Below are positions 34,757 through 44,821 of a stretch of DNA of 64,000 nt, one piece after another. A model generated the notes under the pieces. It did no database searches and had not been told where the DNA came from. It was given only the letters and a program-made list of their open reading frames with translations. Numbering within the stretch: position 1 is the first letter of the stretch; every line of letters starts with the position of its first letter. The stretch comes from Candidatus Omnitrophota bacterium (lineage in GTDB: Bacteria; Omnitrophota; Gorgyraeia; Zapsychrales; Zapsychraceae): the NCBI GenBank assembly GCA_020632515.1, contig JACKFK010000010.1, positions 35,735-99,734 on the forward strand, in the 5' to 3' direction. A program made the translations under genes and the position numbers.

Positions 34757-37700
34757 CTACTTCCGGCTTACCGGCACGTGGAAGACGTAGGTGGTACCTT
34801 CCGTGACTTCAACTTCATTTTCAATCTTAATCTTGGGAAGGTATTCGATCGGTAGGGAATTAACATCAATCCGTACGGTATGCGTTCCAGGAAGGACATT
34901 TTTAAAGAAGTAGGTACCTTCAAAATCACTATAGACTGTTTCCTGGCCATCCATCACCAACTTGGTACGGGCAATAAATTCATCATCAGGATCTGGCCGG
35001 CCATTGCTATTAACATCGTAATAAACAACTCCGTAAATTCCGGATTGTGTGGTCAATCCAAACTCGACATGATTCACTGATTTCTGCGCGATGGCCACAT
35101 CCACCAGCATTGGCGTTGAGAAAATAAACCCTTGCGGAACAGAATCCAGTTCCACGCCAATAGAAACTTTCTTGGCTTTAACCTTACTGGTAAAACGGCC
35201 TTTGTCATCTGTTACAACTTTTTCATGCCCAACATTAACCGTAATCTCGGGAAGGCCTGCTTCCAACTCATCCTGCTTTTGATTACCGTTTAAGTCTTTA
35301 TAAACAATTCCTTCAATGATTCCTTCCGGATTCCAGACAAACGGAGTATCCCAGGCTGTGCGAATTCCACCGCGCACATCCACTTCATTAAATGAAGTAC
35401 TGTTGATCCGCTCCGACCAGACATTACGCATCCGTCCGTCAACAAAGAATTCAAAATCTGGTGTTGGTCGATACACCGCGCCAACACTTCCGGTAATGCT
35501 GTCTTCCCCGGCTAAGAAACTATTGATCCCTTCTGTATTCTCTTCATTCCGGTAAGAAAAATTAATATTTCCGGTCCAGGCCTCAGAAAGTTTCTTATGA
35601 TAATTTAATCCTGTATTAAACACATTCGGCTGCAAAGTATCTCCCGTTAATTTCTCATCAACCCAGGAATATTCATAATTCATGTAATAATTTAAATTAC
35701 GGATTAACGGATAGCTGAATCCAGTTGTGAAGGAATATCGATCAAATTCCGACGCTGGGGCGAAATCAAAACGGCTACGCTGATAAGTTGTCCCGACAAA
35801 GGCGTTGACTTCCTTAGCCCATAATTTAAAACGTTTAGAATAAACCGTGTTAAACCGCCAAGTTTCCCGCGGCGAAAGTTCTCCCGGGGTATTCACGTAA
35901 TACACAGATGAACGCACTTTGTCATTATGTGCCAACGGCACTTCCACAGATGTCGTTAAATCCAGATTCAATTTATCCGGATTATCTACGTTGGGTAAAA
36001 AACGATCTTTGTAAACATCAACAAAAGAACTGACGCTAAAACGCTCTAAATCCCAATTCATATCCACTGAACCGCCGACTTCTCCACGGTTTGATGGAAA
36101 ACTGGTAATGGTCGCGTATTCTTCATCCAGATCGCGGGCATCAACGCGTAAATGAAATTTATCTTTGTTATAAACGATGGCCGCGGTTTCAGCGAATTTA
36201 TCCTCATCATAACCAACTTCTCCTAAAAGTCGGACATTCTTAATCTTGGCCTGCCCTTCCACCGAATAAACCTTTTCTTTAAGAAAAACCTCCCGGTCGA
36301 TACCAGATCCACGCGCAAAATTAAAAGATAACCGGTTATCTTTATCAGGAAAAAGCGTTAAGCGCCCCCCCTGATAAAAGGAATTCATATCATCAATCAA
36401 CCCTGGTGATAAAAATCCAAATGTCGCGCGATCCCGGCCGTAGAGATATTCATATTTAATTTTCTGATCAAAAGCTTTGCTGTTGAAATAAAATCCGCGG
36501 ATATATTTTCCTGGTAAAGATAGTGGAGAAAAACTCGCCGCGGTGTCAAACCCACGGATATTAAAATCTTTAAAATTGCCAATCTTGCCGTCAGATAACC
36601 CCACCGAATAATTTGTTAGTTCCGTGGTTTCATCAAATTTATTAAAGGCCATTGAACTATCAACATCTCCATAAGGTGTTTCACCTTCTAATCCTAACCG
36701 TTGGATCAAAGTTAGATTTTCCCGCTTAACATTAGGGAGACTTTGCCCGGAATAAAACGCGCTCCAATCCACATCATAAGAAAATTTAAAAGGCGCGGCG
36801 GTTTCCAGCATTTGTTGTTCTTTAATTTCCACAGCCGCTAATTGAATCGGAAAAATAACTTCCATGCGAAACGTCCAGCGGCCGCGGTCATCCCAGACAT
36901 GAAGTAACGTAGATCCTCGTTTAATGCCAAAAACCTCTACTTGATTTCGACCATTTTGCTTAAGCTCAATAAATCCCGGCGAGATCATTAAAAAACGTTC
37001 AATATTTGATCCCTCTAAAATGATTGATGAATCAAACGGCACCCGAATCACCGTCTTCGGTTGAGTCAGCCATAAATCATCATTAAGATAAATTGTCTTT
37101 TGAAAATCGATAATACTAGTTTCTTTACGCGCTAAAACAATTTCTGTATCAGTTTCTTCTTTTTCTGAAGCTGTTTCTCTTTTATCCGATGGAGCTAAAG
37201 AAACTGCCGTTTTTTTAACTTGATCATCTTCTCTAATAATATGCTTAACGTCTTCTAAATCTTCGTTAAAACTTTCTTGCCCTTTCACAACCATATCTAT
37301 TGCCCGCTTGGATGGCAGGCTAATCTTATCGCGTTGAGCCCGAGGTTTATCTATTGCTTTTTGTTCATCTTCCAGCCATTTTCTCGGCACTTTAATATAT
37401 GTTCGTTCATCTTTTCGCTTGGCGATATAGCGGGTCATAACCTCTTGTTCAAAAACATCCAATGTATCATTAATAATTTCTTCTCGCTTTTTGGCAAACT
37501 GCCCCATTTCATGCGGACGGTCATCGTAAAAATACGTAGGAATATAAGGATCTTCTTCAACCACCGGAGATTGACGATCAGCTGAATAATGGATCAATTC
37601 CACACGTTTATCAGCTAACCGCTTAGCTAAGTTTAAATATTGTCCCGGTTCTCGGGCCGTAGGATAGGATAAATGGGCGAGTTTGAAATACGTTACCGCT

Positions 37701-37855
37701 TGGTTAAAATCACGATGATCCATGGAACGCTTCCCCAGATCCATGTACATCTCATATGTTCGTGGATATTCTGCCGCGGATTCAACAGATAAAGGCAGAC
37801 TGATTCCCAGCATTGTCCAAAGCAATAATATGTAAACGATTCGGCGTAATAACAT
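34757..37855 (-). CDS. Large outer-membrane protein: TPR-like N-terminus, pilus-formation N-terminal-type domain, predicted beta-barrel, two C-terminal Ig/SdrD-B-like domains
   Basis: It has a signal peptide. The segment IRVPFDSSIILEGSNIERFLMISPGFIELKQNGRNQVEVFGIKRGSTLLHVWD resembles the CpaC/secretin N-terminal 'pilus formation' domain. A long stretch of alternating beta-strand-like sequence is rich in Y/F/N/D. The C-terminus carries GIVYKDLNGNQKQD and GVVYYDVNSNGRPDPDD. Confidence 0.7.
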   Translation of the reverse strand: MLLRRIVYILLLWTMLGISLPLSVESAAEYPRTYEMYMDLGKRSMDHRDFNQAVTYFKLAHLSYPTAREPGQYLNLAKRLADKRVELIHYSADRQSPVVEEDPYIPTYFYDDRPHEMGQFAKKREEIINDTLDVFEQEVMTRYIAKRKDERTYIKVPRKWLEDEQKAIDKPRAQRDKISLPSKRAIDMVVKGQESFNEDLEDVKHIIREDDQVKKTAVSLAPSDKRETASEKEETDTEIVLARKETSIIDFQKTIYLNDDLWLTQPKTVIRVPFDSSIILEGSNIERFLMISPGFIELKQNGRNQVEVFGIKRGSTLLHVWDDRGRWTFRMEVIFPIQLAAVEIKEQQMLETAAPFKFSYDVDWSAFYSGQSLPNVKRENLTLIQRLGLEGETPYGDVDSSMAFNKFDETTELTNYSVGLSDGKIGNFKDFNIRGFDTAASFSPLSLPGKYIRGFYFNSKAFDQKIKYEYLYGRDRATFGFLSPGLIDDMNSFYQGGRLTLFPDKDNRLSFNFARGSGIDREVFLKEKVYSVEGQAKIKNVRLLGEVGYDEDKFAETAAIVYNKDKFHLRVDARDLDEEYATITSFPSNRGEVGGSVDMNWDLERFSVSSFVDVYKDRFLPNVDNPDKLNLDLTTSVEVPLAHNDKVRSSVYYVNTPGELSPRETWRFNTVYSKRFKLWAKEVNAFVGTTYQRSRFDFAPASEFDRYSFTTGFSYPLIRNLNYYMNYEYSWVDEKLTGDTLQPNVFNTGLNYHKKLSEAWTGNINFSYRNEENTEGINSFLAGEDSITGSVGAVYRPTPDFEFFVDGRMRNVWSERINSTSFNEVDVRGGIRTAWDTPFVWNPEGIIEGIVYKDLNGNQKQDELEAGLPEITVNVGHEKVVTDDKGRFTSKVKAKKVSIGVELDSVPQGFIFSTPMLVDVAIAQKSVNHVEFGLTTQSGIYGVVYYDVNSNGRPDPDDEFIARTKLVMDGQETVYSDFEGTYFFKNVLPGTHTVRIDVNSLPIEYLPKIKIENEVEVTEGTTYVFHVPVSRK

Positions 37856-37897
37856 GCATCTACTTGACGTAGCAATCGTATGAGCAAAAGCATCTTT

Positions 37898-37994
37898 TAA
37901 AAGTCACCAAGTTACAGCCAAACAGATCTAAAACTTTTGTCACAATGATTTTCTTTTAACTTTGTGACCTTGCGACTTTGTGACTTTGCAACTT
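37898..37994. repeat. Family A word-repeat region inside the fibre operon
   Basis: aaaagtcaccaagttacagcc ... ttttgtcacaatg ... aactttgtgaccttgcgactttgtgactttgcaactttt. Confidence 0.75.
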
Positions 37995-38789
37995 TTAATT
38001 TCTCACTTCAAGCACACGAAAACCTGCTGACGATTTCTCCAGCTCAACTTCTCTCACTAATACGTCACCCTCCTGTAAATCAAAGGTCATAATGACCGTG
38101 TATTTTCCCGATGGAAGCTTCTGATCAATCGTAAAGGCAAACGCTCCAGCTTCCCCTGGCGGTAGATAAAGCTTATTCATTTCACCGCGATCTAAAGCCA
38201 CTCCTTCTTCATTCATCACAAAATACGTTCCATTGGGAATGATAATCACATCGCCGGCATTTCGAAACGCGCCTTGAACTTCTCCGCCGCTGACCGTGAT
38301 GTTTTCAACTAAAGATTGTTTTGATTTATTCTTCGTTTCAATAAAAAACAAACTGCCAACTCTGGTGACAATCCGTATCCCTAATTTCTGCGGTTTTATT
38401 TCACTATCCTCTTCGAAAAACAAAACACCATAATATCCACCCTGCGCATCTTCAGGAACTTTGATAATATAAGAAATTTTCTGTCGTCCGTACGGCGCTA
38501 ATGTGAAACTATTCGGGGAATAATTAATCCAACCACTGACTGAATGCTCCGTTGTTTTAGCTGGCAGAAATTTCTTCTTTCCATCAAACGGTGTTTCATA
38601 AATAAAATCTTCAAAATATGCTTTCACCTTTACCGGTTTATCCGTAGTATTGTTGACCGTAAAAGAATCCATCACAGTTTGACCAGGCTCAACCGTAGTC
38701 TCAACCTTACCTTTTTCAATGAAAATCTGGGCTTGTGCCGAACCGATCAGCATCATTAAAAATAAAATTGTAAAAATATGTTTTTTCAT
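37995..38789 (-). CDS. Periplasmic Ig-fold chaperone candidate (PapD-like/DUF916-like)
   Basis: It has a signal peptide and two beta-sandwich-like halves: TVEPGQTVMDSFTVNNTTDKPVKVKAYFEDF and L.PYGRQKISYIIKVPEDAQGGYYGVLFFEE. The assignment rests on sequence pattern only. Confidence 0.5.
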   Translation of the reverse strand: MKKHIFTILFLMMLIGSAQAQIFIEKGKVETTVEPGQTVMDSFTVNNTTDKPVKVKAYFEDFIYETPFDGKKKFLPAKTTEHSVSGWINYSPNSFTLAPYGRQKISYIIKVPEDAQGGYYGVLFFEEDSEIKPQKLGIRIVTRVGSLFFIETKNKSKQSLVENITVSGGEVQGAFRNAGDVIIIPNGTYFVMNEEGVALDRGEMNKLYLPPGEAGAFAFTIDQKLPSGKYTVIMTFDLQEGDVLVREVELEKSSAGFRVLEVRN

Positions 38790-38927
38790 AATTGAGTTGT
38801 ATGGTATTGAGCATCTCGTTACTCGTGCCTCATAACTTCAATAAGAAGGAGTCTTTACTCCTTTTATATTCATTCAAGTTGATGAGACACGAGAACCGAG
38901 ATACTAACTTTCTAATATAACTATTTC

Positions 38928-39554
38928 TTAGCTTACTGTTCCAGAAATAACTAATGTTCCGTCATAAGTTCCCGGAGCATCTGCATTAGTAAACACTTCT
39001 GATCCAGTTGGATCTGGAAATGTCGCGTTTGGATCGCCTGTCACGATTCCTAAATAAATACGTAAGAATCCGCCAGCAATTTCTGATCCATCAACTTGCT
39101 CGCCGCTTAAATTCTTAAGCATTTTTTTAGGACCATGATTCGTTAATCCGGTTTGCACTTCGCTGGATCCAGTTCCTTCTACTTTTACAAAAGTAGCTGT
39201 GGCTTTAGTTCCTAAACCATTTCCTGGAGAATTTGGATTAGCGCCTTCTGTATACGTTACCGTTACAGTTGGGCTTCCCGCTCCGCCAGTGGCACCGATA
39301 TCAAGCGCAAAAAAGTGATCAGGTAAATAAATCCCGTTTTGCGTGTCTAATGACATCGGGTCAAAACTTAAGTTGGTTCCACTCACAGCTGAAAACTGAT
39401 TCGTTTGCGAATCCACCTGGCTAGGCGTGATGGAAATACCCGTCGCCGCTGGGATTGTAGCTGAAACAGTAAACGTTGTTTGTGCGAATCCAATTGAGCC
39501 CAGCATTAGCGCCAAAGCCAGTGTCATCACTGTAGTTAATGTTGTTTTGTTCAT
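38928..39554 (-). CDS. Secreted SCPU/Csu-type fibre subunit candidate
   Basis: The start MNKTTL has AAGGAG upstream, followed by a signal peptide ending in AQ. The sequence is Thr/Gly/Ser-rich. The C-terminus PGTYDGTLVISGTVS resembles the G-x-Y-x-D/G-T-(L/V)-x-(V/I) ending of spore-coat-U-domain pilins. Confidence 0.55.
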   Translation of the reverse strand: MNKTTLTTVMTLALALMLGSIGFAQTTFTVSATIPAATGISITPSQVDSQTNQFSAVSGTNLSFDPMSLDTQNGIYLPDHFFALDIGATGGAGSPTVTVTYTEGANPNSPGNGLGTKATATFVKVEGTGSSEVQTGLTNHGPKKMLKNLSGEQVDGSEIAGGFLRIYLGIVTGDPNATFPDPTGSEVFTNADAPGTYDGTLVISGTVS

Positions 39555-39623
39555 AATTTTTCTCCTTTCCAAAAAGTTAAATTTAATTTTCCTTCGTTTT
39601 TAATCCTTGAAACACCCCCTGAA

Positions 39624-41006
39624 TTACATTTCCCCCAATGAATACATAATTGATGTTGCATAACTTCCGGGTGCCATTTCTGGATAAGGCCGTAAACGAT
39701 AGTAAACCTTTACATGGGCAGAAGATCCGTTTTTATCCGAGAAGTAAACCGGAATCTCTCCATCGGGAACAGATTCAAAGTCATTATACGCTAGTTTTCC
39801 TTGTGCGCCATCTAATAGTTCGCCCTTAATACTGAAATATTTCTCCGCAAAAATTCCTCCTTCCTGATTAGTTAACGGAGAAACCACATTTTGCATGATC
39901 ATGTATGGCCGGCCTAAATTGCTTTTCACATAGACCTCAATTTCCCTGATCTGCGGCGGACTATTAGGTAATAAATTGGGGAAACTTACACCTTCCGGCG
40001 GCAGCTTCACCTCAATTTCAAAAATCGGTTTTACTTCAACCTCTACTTCTTTAACAAATTCCTTAAAGATTCCATTCACGTCCACAATAAATTTTATCTT
40101 GCCTAAAAACTTGCCTGCTTTCTGTTGATCAATGATTTTAGGATCTAATTGATAAGCAACTGCAAAAGTATCTTCGTTAGCTTCTGAACTATACAGTAAT
40201 GTGCGTTTGCGTTCAATCTTGGTCCAGGACGGCACTTCCTGCATCCCTTCCGTATTACCTTCGGTTTGAAATAATAACAGATTACGATTAAGTTCATTGA
40301 ATAATTCATCACTTGGTAAAGCGTCAATTTCCTGGTAAATTTTAATTTGATCGCCAGGATTATCCTTAAATGAAACAGTAAAATAACTGTTGCGAGAGCC
40401 AGTTTCAGTTGAATTCAAGTGGATCATATCCGCGCCAGCACCACCACTTACCTCAACACGAAAATCATCACTGCTTTCTAAGTACGCATTCAAATAAACT
40501 GTATCTTGTGAACTGGAGCCAATCGGCCGCACCGTGTATAAAATCCGGCCAAAGAAATTTCCTGATGCCTGCAATGCATTCCCTTTTGCGGTATAAACAA
40601 GGGTAAAACTATCACTATCCCCACCAGCGCTTGAAGAGTACACTAATTGTTCAGAATATCCTAAACGTTCCAAATTTTGTAAATAAAGCGTTCCGGAACT
40701 ATTGGAACCTAACAACGTGTAGGCATTGATCGCGTCCATTCCTAAGGTCTGCCCTTTATCATTTTGAAACGGTTCTACTAACCGCTGAAATACTTGATAT
40801 TGTGTGCCCTCATTGGAAGAAATGCGGATGCGGACTTCTTTATTCACGCTGGATTGACGATCTACCCGGCCAAAACGCAAATTATTCCCGCCAGCGATGG
40901 GGTTAACACTTAAATTAAGCGTGGCTTCCGCGGAAACAGTCATAAAAAGACCTGCGATTGCAGACACAATGACCAATTGCTTTATTGTCTTAAAACTCAT
41001 TCTCAT
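39624..41006 (-). CDS. Secreted three-domain protein related to the fibre subunit (tip/adhesin candidate)
   Basis: It has a signal peptide. Three modules each end in a G-x-(F/Y)-x-x-x-I-x-(Y/F)-x-(V/L) strand: SGNFFGRILYTV, AGKFLGKIKFIV and PGSYATSIMYSL. Confidence 0.55.
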   Translation of the reverse strand: MRMSFKTIKQLVIVSAIAGLFMTVSAEATLNLSVNPIAGGNNLRFGRVDRQSSVNKEVRIRISSNEGTQYQVFQRLVEPFQNDKGQTLGMDAINAYTLLGSNSSGTLYLQNLERLGYSEQLVYSSSAGGDSDSFTLVYTAKGNALQASGNFFGRILYTVRPIGSSSQDTVYLNAYLESSDDFRVEVSGGAGADMIHLNSTETGSRNSYFTVSFKDNPGDQIKIYQEIDALPSDELFNELNRNLLLFQTEGNTEGMQEVPSWTKIERKRTLLYSSEANEDTFAVAYQLDPKIIDQQKAGKFLGKIKFIVDVNGIFKEFVKEVEVEVKPIFEIEVKLPPEGVSFPNLLPNSPPQIREIEVYVKSNLGRPYMIMQNVVSPLTNQEGGIFAEKYFSIKGELLDGAQGKLAYNDFESVPDGEIPVYFSDKNGSSAHVKVYYRLRPYPEMAPGSYATSIMYSLGEM

Positions 41007-41206
41007 TTTTCAAAATACCTAACCTTTGGGAAGAATTATCTGCTTAACAGATACCTTCATTATACTCTCACCGCATTTAAGAATCAAATTCTCGAGGTAG
41101 GGGATTTTAAGTCTCCAGTCGTCATCCGCCAGTAAAAAACTTTAACAACTGTCCATAGGCACTAGAGAGACTAATTTGCTTCAAGTGTAAAATATTATAG
41201 AAAGAA

Positions 41207-41243
41207 GTCAATGTGACTTACTAGGACAGTCCTGGACAGTACG
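41207..41243 (-). promoter_or_regulatory. 10-bp-phased GTCC direct-repeat array upstream of the fibre operon
   Basis: The minus strand reads CGTACT GTCCAGGACT GTCCTAGTAA GTCACATTGAC. The 3' part matches the end of the 19008-19058 array (GTCCTATTAT GTCCCATTGAC). Confidence 0.5.
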
Positions 41244-41365
41244 ATTAAAACACAGGTTTACAACCTATTAATAATAAACAACTTATAATAATATATAATA
41301 ATTATTTTAAATTAATCTTGAATATAGTGAAATGCTTTCCTTTTAAGCCCTTGAATACGAATAAT

Positions 41366-42052
41366 TTAATATAAATCTTTAACTTCTTCGTACACAATAT
41401 CCGCCCAGCGCGTATATCCTTTTACAGAAGGATGCAAACCATCATAGGAAATTAATGAGGCATCTGCTTTCACTTCTTTAGCAAATGGAAACAAATCCAC
41501 AACACGTAGCTTCCGTTTTTGCGCCTCTTCTTTAATGATTCCATTAAATTCGGAAAGACCTAAAGTAATGTCCCGCGTCTGCTCAATATGCTTGGCTTTG
41601 GGAGCAACAGAAAAGTCCGGTAAGGTTAGAACAATCAAATGCCCAGGATCAGGAAGGATTTTAGTCATCTCATCTAAGATATAAGCAAAATTTGTACGAA
41701 AAGTCTGCGCGTCAACACCTTGAACCCAATCATTGGTGCCGATTAATACCGTGGCAAAATTAGGAATCAACGTTCGATACTGCGGCAGTTGATAATCAAT
41801 GACTTGCTGCGTGGTCCATCCTGCTCTGGCTAAATTCGCGATCAGCGTAAAAGGTTTTTCGCGTAAACGGAACTTCACCACCAATTGCATCGGCCAAGAC
41901 CGTTCAGGAGAAGCCCCAGTGCCGATTGTATACGAATCACCTACCGCCACATAACGAATTTCTTTGCCTAAGTTACTTGGATCCACATAGGCTGTTAAAA
42001 TTAAATAGACTAACAAACCTGGTATCAGAAAAAAACAACGATAAATTTTCAT
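41366..42052 (-). CDS. SGNH/GDSL hydrolase
   Basis: SGNH blocks are present: AVGDSYTIG (I), GTNDW (III) and DGLHPS (V). Confidence 0.85.
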   Translation of the reverse strand: MKIYRCFFLIPGLLVYLILTAYVDPSNLGKEIRYVAVGDSYTIGTGASPERSWPMQLVVKFRLREKPFTLIANLARAGWTTQQVIDYQLPQYRTLIPNFATVLIGTNDWVQGVDAQTFRTNFAYILDEMTKILPDPGHLIVLTLPDFSVAPKAKHIEQTRDITLGLSEFNGIIKEEAQKRKLRVVDLFPFAKEVKADASLISYDGLHPSVKGYTRWADIVYEEVKDLY

Positions 42053-42825
42053 TAACTTTTAAGCCCTGTCCCTTTATTTAATAAATACAAATTTAAAAAA
42101 ACTAAAACTATAATAAACGTAATCAGCATCGCGATACTGACGTTGATGCTCACATCTGAAATTCCATAAAATCCAAAACGAAAACCATTCACTAAATACA
42201 AAATCGGATTTATTTTTGAAACCGTCTGCCAAAAAACCGGTAACGTATGAATTGAATAAAATACACCACCTAAATATGTCAACGGCAATAAAATAAACAT
42301 TGGAAAAATTCCAATTTCATCAAAACTCTTAGCATAAATGGCGTTTAATAGTCCGCCCAAGGCAAAGACAATCGACGCCAAAATCATAAAAATCAAAATT
42401 AATCCAGGATACATGACCGTTGGATGGATAAAAAACATCGAAACACAAAAAACAACAACGCCGCAGATAATTCCGCGTAATAGCCCGCCGGTAATATATC
42501 CCGCCACAATAATCACATTAGTCAGCGGCGAGACTAATAATTCTTCGATACTGCGTTGAAACTTAGAACTGAAAAAAGAACTCGCCACATTTGAAAATGA
42601 ATTATTAATGACCGTCATCATCACCAGCCCCGGTACAATAAAGGCCATGTAACTAACCCCGCCGATATCGCGTAGTTGCGACCCAATAAACTTTCCGAAA
42701 ATAAGAAAATATAAAGACTGCGTGATCGCCGGCGGCAGAATCGTCTGTGTCCAAATCCGCATAAACCGATGAACTTCTTTTCGAACAATCGTAGAATACG
42801 CAATTAATTTTTCGCTAAAATTCAT
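42052..42825 (-). CDS. ABC-2 type transporter permease
   Basis: It has six TM segments and lies downstream of the ATPase gene. The start MNFSEKL at 42825 has AAGGTG upstream. Confidence 0.8.
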   Translation of the reverse strand: MNFSEKLIAYSTIVRKEVHRFMRIWTQTILPPAITQSLYFLIFGKFIGSQLRDIGGVSYMAFIVPGLVMMTVINNSFSNVASSFFSSKFQRSIEELLVSPLTNVIIVAGYITGGLLRGIICGVVVFCVSMFFIHPTVMYPGLILIFMILASIVFALGGLLNAIYAKSFDEIGIFPMFILLPLTYLGGVFYSIHTLPVFWQTVSKINPILYLVNGFRFGFYGISDVSINVSIAMLITFIIVLVFLNLYLLNKGTGLKS

Positions 42826-42894
42826 AAAACACCTTAATTCTTTCTGTTTATCATCGAGCAAACAGGGCAAAGAAAATTATCTATCCCTATAAGA

Positions 42895-43800
42895 TCATTG
42901 CTTGAGAATATTCAAAAACAACTTTTCCATCCGATTGCCTTTCGGCCTTAAATCCGTGACAATCATCCCGGCCTTACCAACCTTTAAAATAAAATCATTC
43001 AATTTTGCCCCTTTAGTAATTTCCGCTTCAAAAGTATGTTCATCAAGCGCTATCACATTATAATGCGCCAACTGATTTAATCCGGAAATTTTCTCAACAT
43101 GAACAACATACGTTTCCATATCGATCTGCTTAATCAATCGCTTGACACTATCGTAAGCAAAAATTTCTCCGTTTTTAATAAAGGCGGCATGCCGGCACAT
43201 TTGTTCCACTTCTTCTAAATAATGGGTTGTTAATAAAATTGTTGTGCCCTGTTGATTGATTTTCCGCAGATATTCCCACATGGAATGCCGCAATTCCACA
43301 TCCACCCCGGCGGTTGGTTCATCCAGAATCAAGATCTTAGGATGATTAATTAAGGCCCTGGCAATCATTAACCTTCGTTTCATCCCGCCAGATAACTGCC
43401 GTGAAGCCGTATCTCTTTTATCCCACAACTGCAACTCTTTAAGAATTTGTTCGCAATCTTTTTCCGCGACACTGCGCCGAATTCCAAAATAACCAGCCTG
43501 ATTAATCACAATATCTTTAACCTTCTCAAACATATTAAAATTCATTTCCTGAGGAACCACTCCGATCATCTTACGCGCCGCAGTATGCCGGATATCAATA
43601 TCATAATCAAAAACCTTAACCTCTCCTGATGATTTAATCACCAACCCGGTTAAAATTCCAATTACCGTCGTCTTACCCGCTCCATTCGCTCCTAAAAGAG
43701 CGCAAAAATCTCCTTCCTTAACATCTAGATTAATGCCCTTTAAGGCTTCAATACCTGTCGCGTAAATTTTTTTTAAATTTTTAATGGTAATAGCGTTCAT
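42895..43800 (-). CDS. ABC transporter ATP-binding protein
   Basis: Walker A GANGAGKTT is present. The signature motif LSGGMKRR is present, as is Walker B ILILDEPT. Confidence 0.9.
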   Translation of the reverse strand: MNAITIKNLKKIYATGIEALKGINLDVKEGDFCALLGANGAGKTTVIGILTGLVIKSSGEVKVFDYDIDIRHTAARKMIGVVPQEMNFNMFEKVKDIVINQAGYFGIRRSVAEKDCEQILKELQLWDKRDTASRQLSGGMKRRLMIARALINHPKILILDEPTAGVDVELRHSMWEYLRKINQQGTTILLTTHYLEEVEQMCRHAAFIKNGEIFAYDSVKRLIKQIDMETYVVHVEKISGLNQLAHYNVIALDEHTFEAEITKGAKLNDFILKVGKAGMIVTDLRPKGNRMEKLFLNILKQ

Positions 43801-43887
43801 TCTATCCGTTCTAACCACAGCGCCAAGGACTAGCCCCTGCCGCAGTATCTCTATATATCAAACTCAAAACTATAAACCCTTTTTTGT

Positions 43888-44619
43888 TCAAACTTCACTC
43901 CCCATCCGCACCATAATCCACGAACGTGCAAGGATGAAGATAATAAAGGAAATAATGTTAATAATCAACCCTACCTGCATTTTCTTTTTATCCTCGTGGG
44001 ATAAAAAATAAACAAGCAGCGCGATCGATAAATAACCAAACAAATGTGCGAAATGACTAATGCCGTCATTCTGCTCCGTAAAAATACTTTGCAGATCCAA
44101 ATAAATAAACAGCCATCCTTTCACCATTACAGGTATCGGGAAAATCATTTCAAAAGTAATCTTAAACGGATCCAGCAGCATCGCCGCGGCGATTAATCCC
44201 ATTAACGCACCAGAAGCTCCGATGATCGCGATATTTTTCTCAAGCACATACATATTCACAATCATCGCAAAAAATAACGAAATAAATAGCGCGCCAAAAT
44301 AAATATACAAAGTTTTAACCATCCCCAGATGATCTTCTACCACCCTCGCGAAAACAAAAATACCCAGCATATTCACCAGAAGATGGGATAACTCCAAATG
44401 CACAAAACCTGAAGTAAAAACACAATACAAATTGCCGTTGAGCAAATTGGCCGGATAAAGGATTAAATTGGTTAAAGCCTCAGGGGAAAGCGCGGTAAAA
44501 TGAATATACCAATAGACATAAAAATTGGCCCCGATCACTAAAAGGGCCGCCTTCGACTCAAAAATAAAATCTAAAAACCCCGGCTCACGTTCCCGCCGGA
44601 GATTACGTCGTTCGTACAA
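43888..44619 (-). CDS. Rhomboid-family intramembrane serine protease
   Basis: The catalytic Ser lies in GASGALMGL and the His in HLFGYL. It starts with TTG. Confidence 0.8.
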   Translation of the reverse strand: MYERRNLRREREPGFLDFIFESKAALLVIGANFYVYWYIHFTALSPEALTNLILYPANLLNGNLYCVFTSGFVHLELSHLLVNMLGIFVFARVVEDHLGMVKTLYIYFGALFISLFFAMIVNMYVLEKNIAIIGASGALMGLIAAAMLLDPFKITFEMIFPIPVMVKGWLFIYLDLQSIFTEQNDGISHFAHLFGYLSIALLVYFLSHEDKKKMQVGLIINIISFIIFILARSWIMVRMGSEV

Positions 44620-44640
44620 AAAAATACCTTTCTTATTAAC

Positions 44641-44672
44641 AAGTCACAAAGTTGCCAAGTCACAAGGTCACC
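44641..44672. repeat. Family A word repeat copy
   Basis: aagtcacaaagttgccaagtcacaaggtcacc. The first 25 nt are identical to 7247-7271. Confidence 0.85.
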
Positions 44673-44821
44673 GTATCAGTTATCTGGGTCGTAGCTGTCA
44701 GCGATCAACCTTCAGCTTTAACCATAAACAAACCTCGGAGGTTTGTTTACGGTTTGTCAGTTGTTAGACATCAGATTTCAATCATCAATTATTACGATTT
44801 TTCTGATGGCTGACAGCTCTT

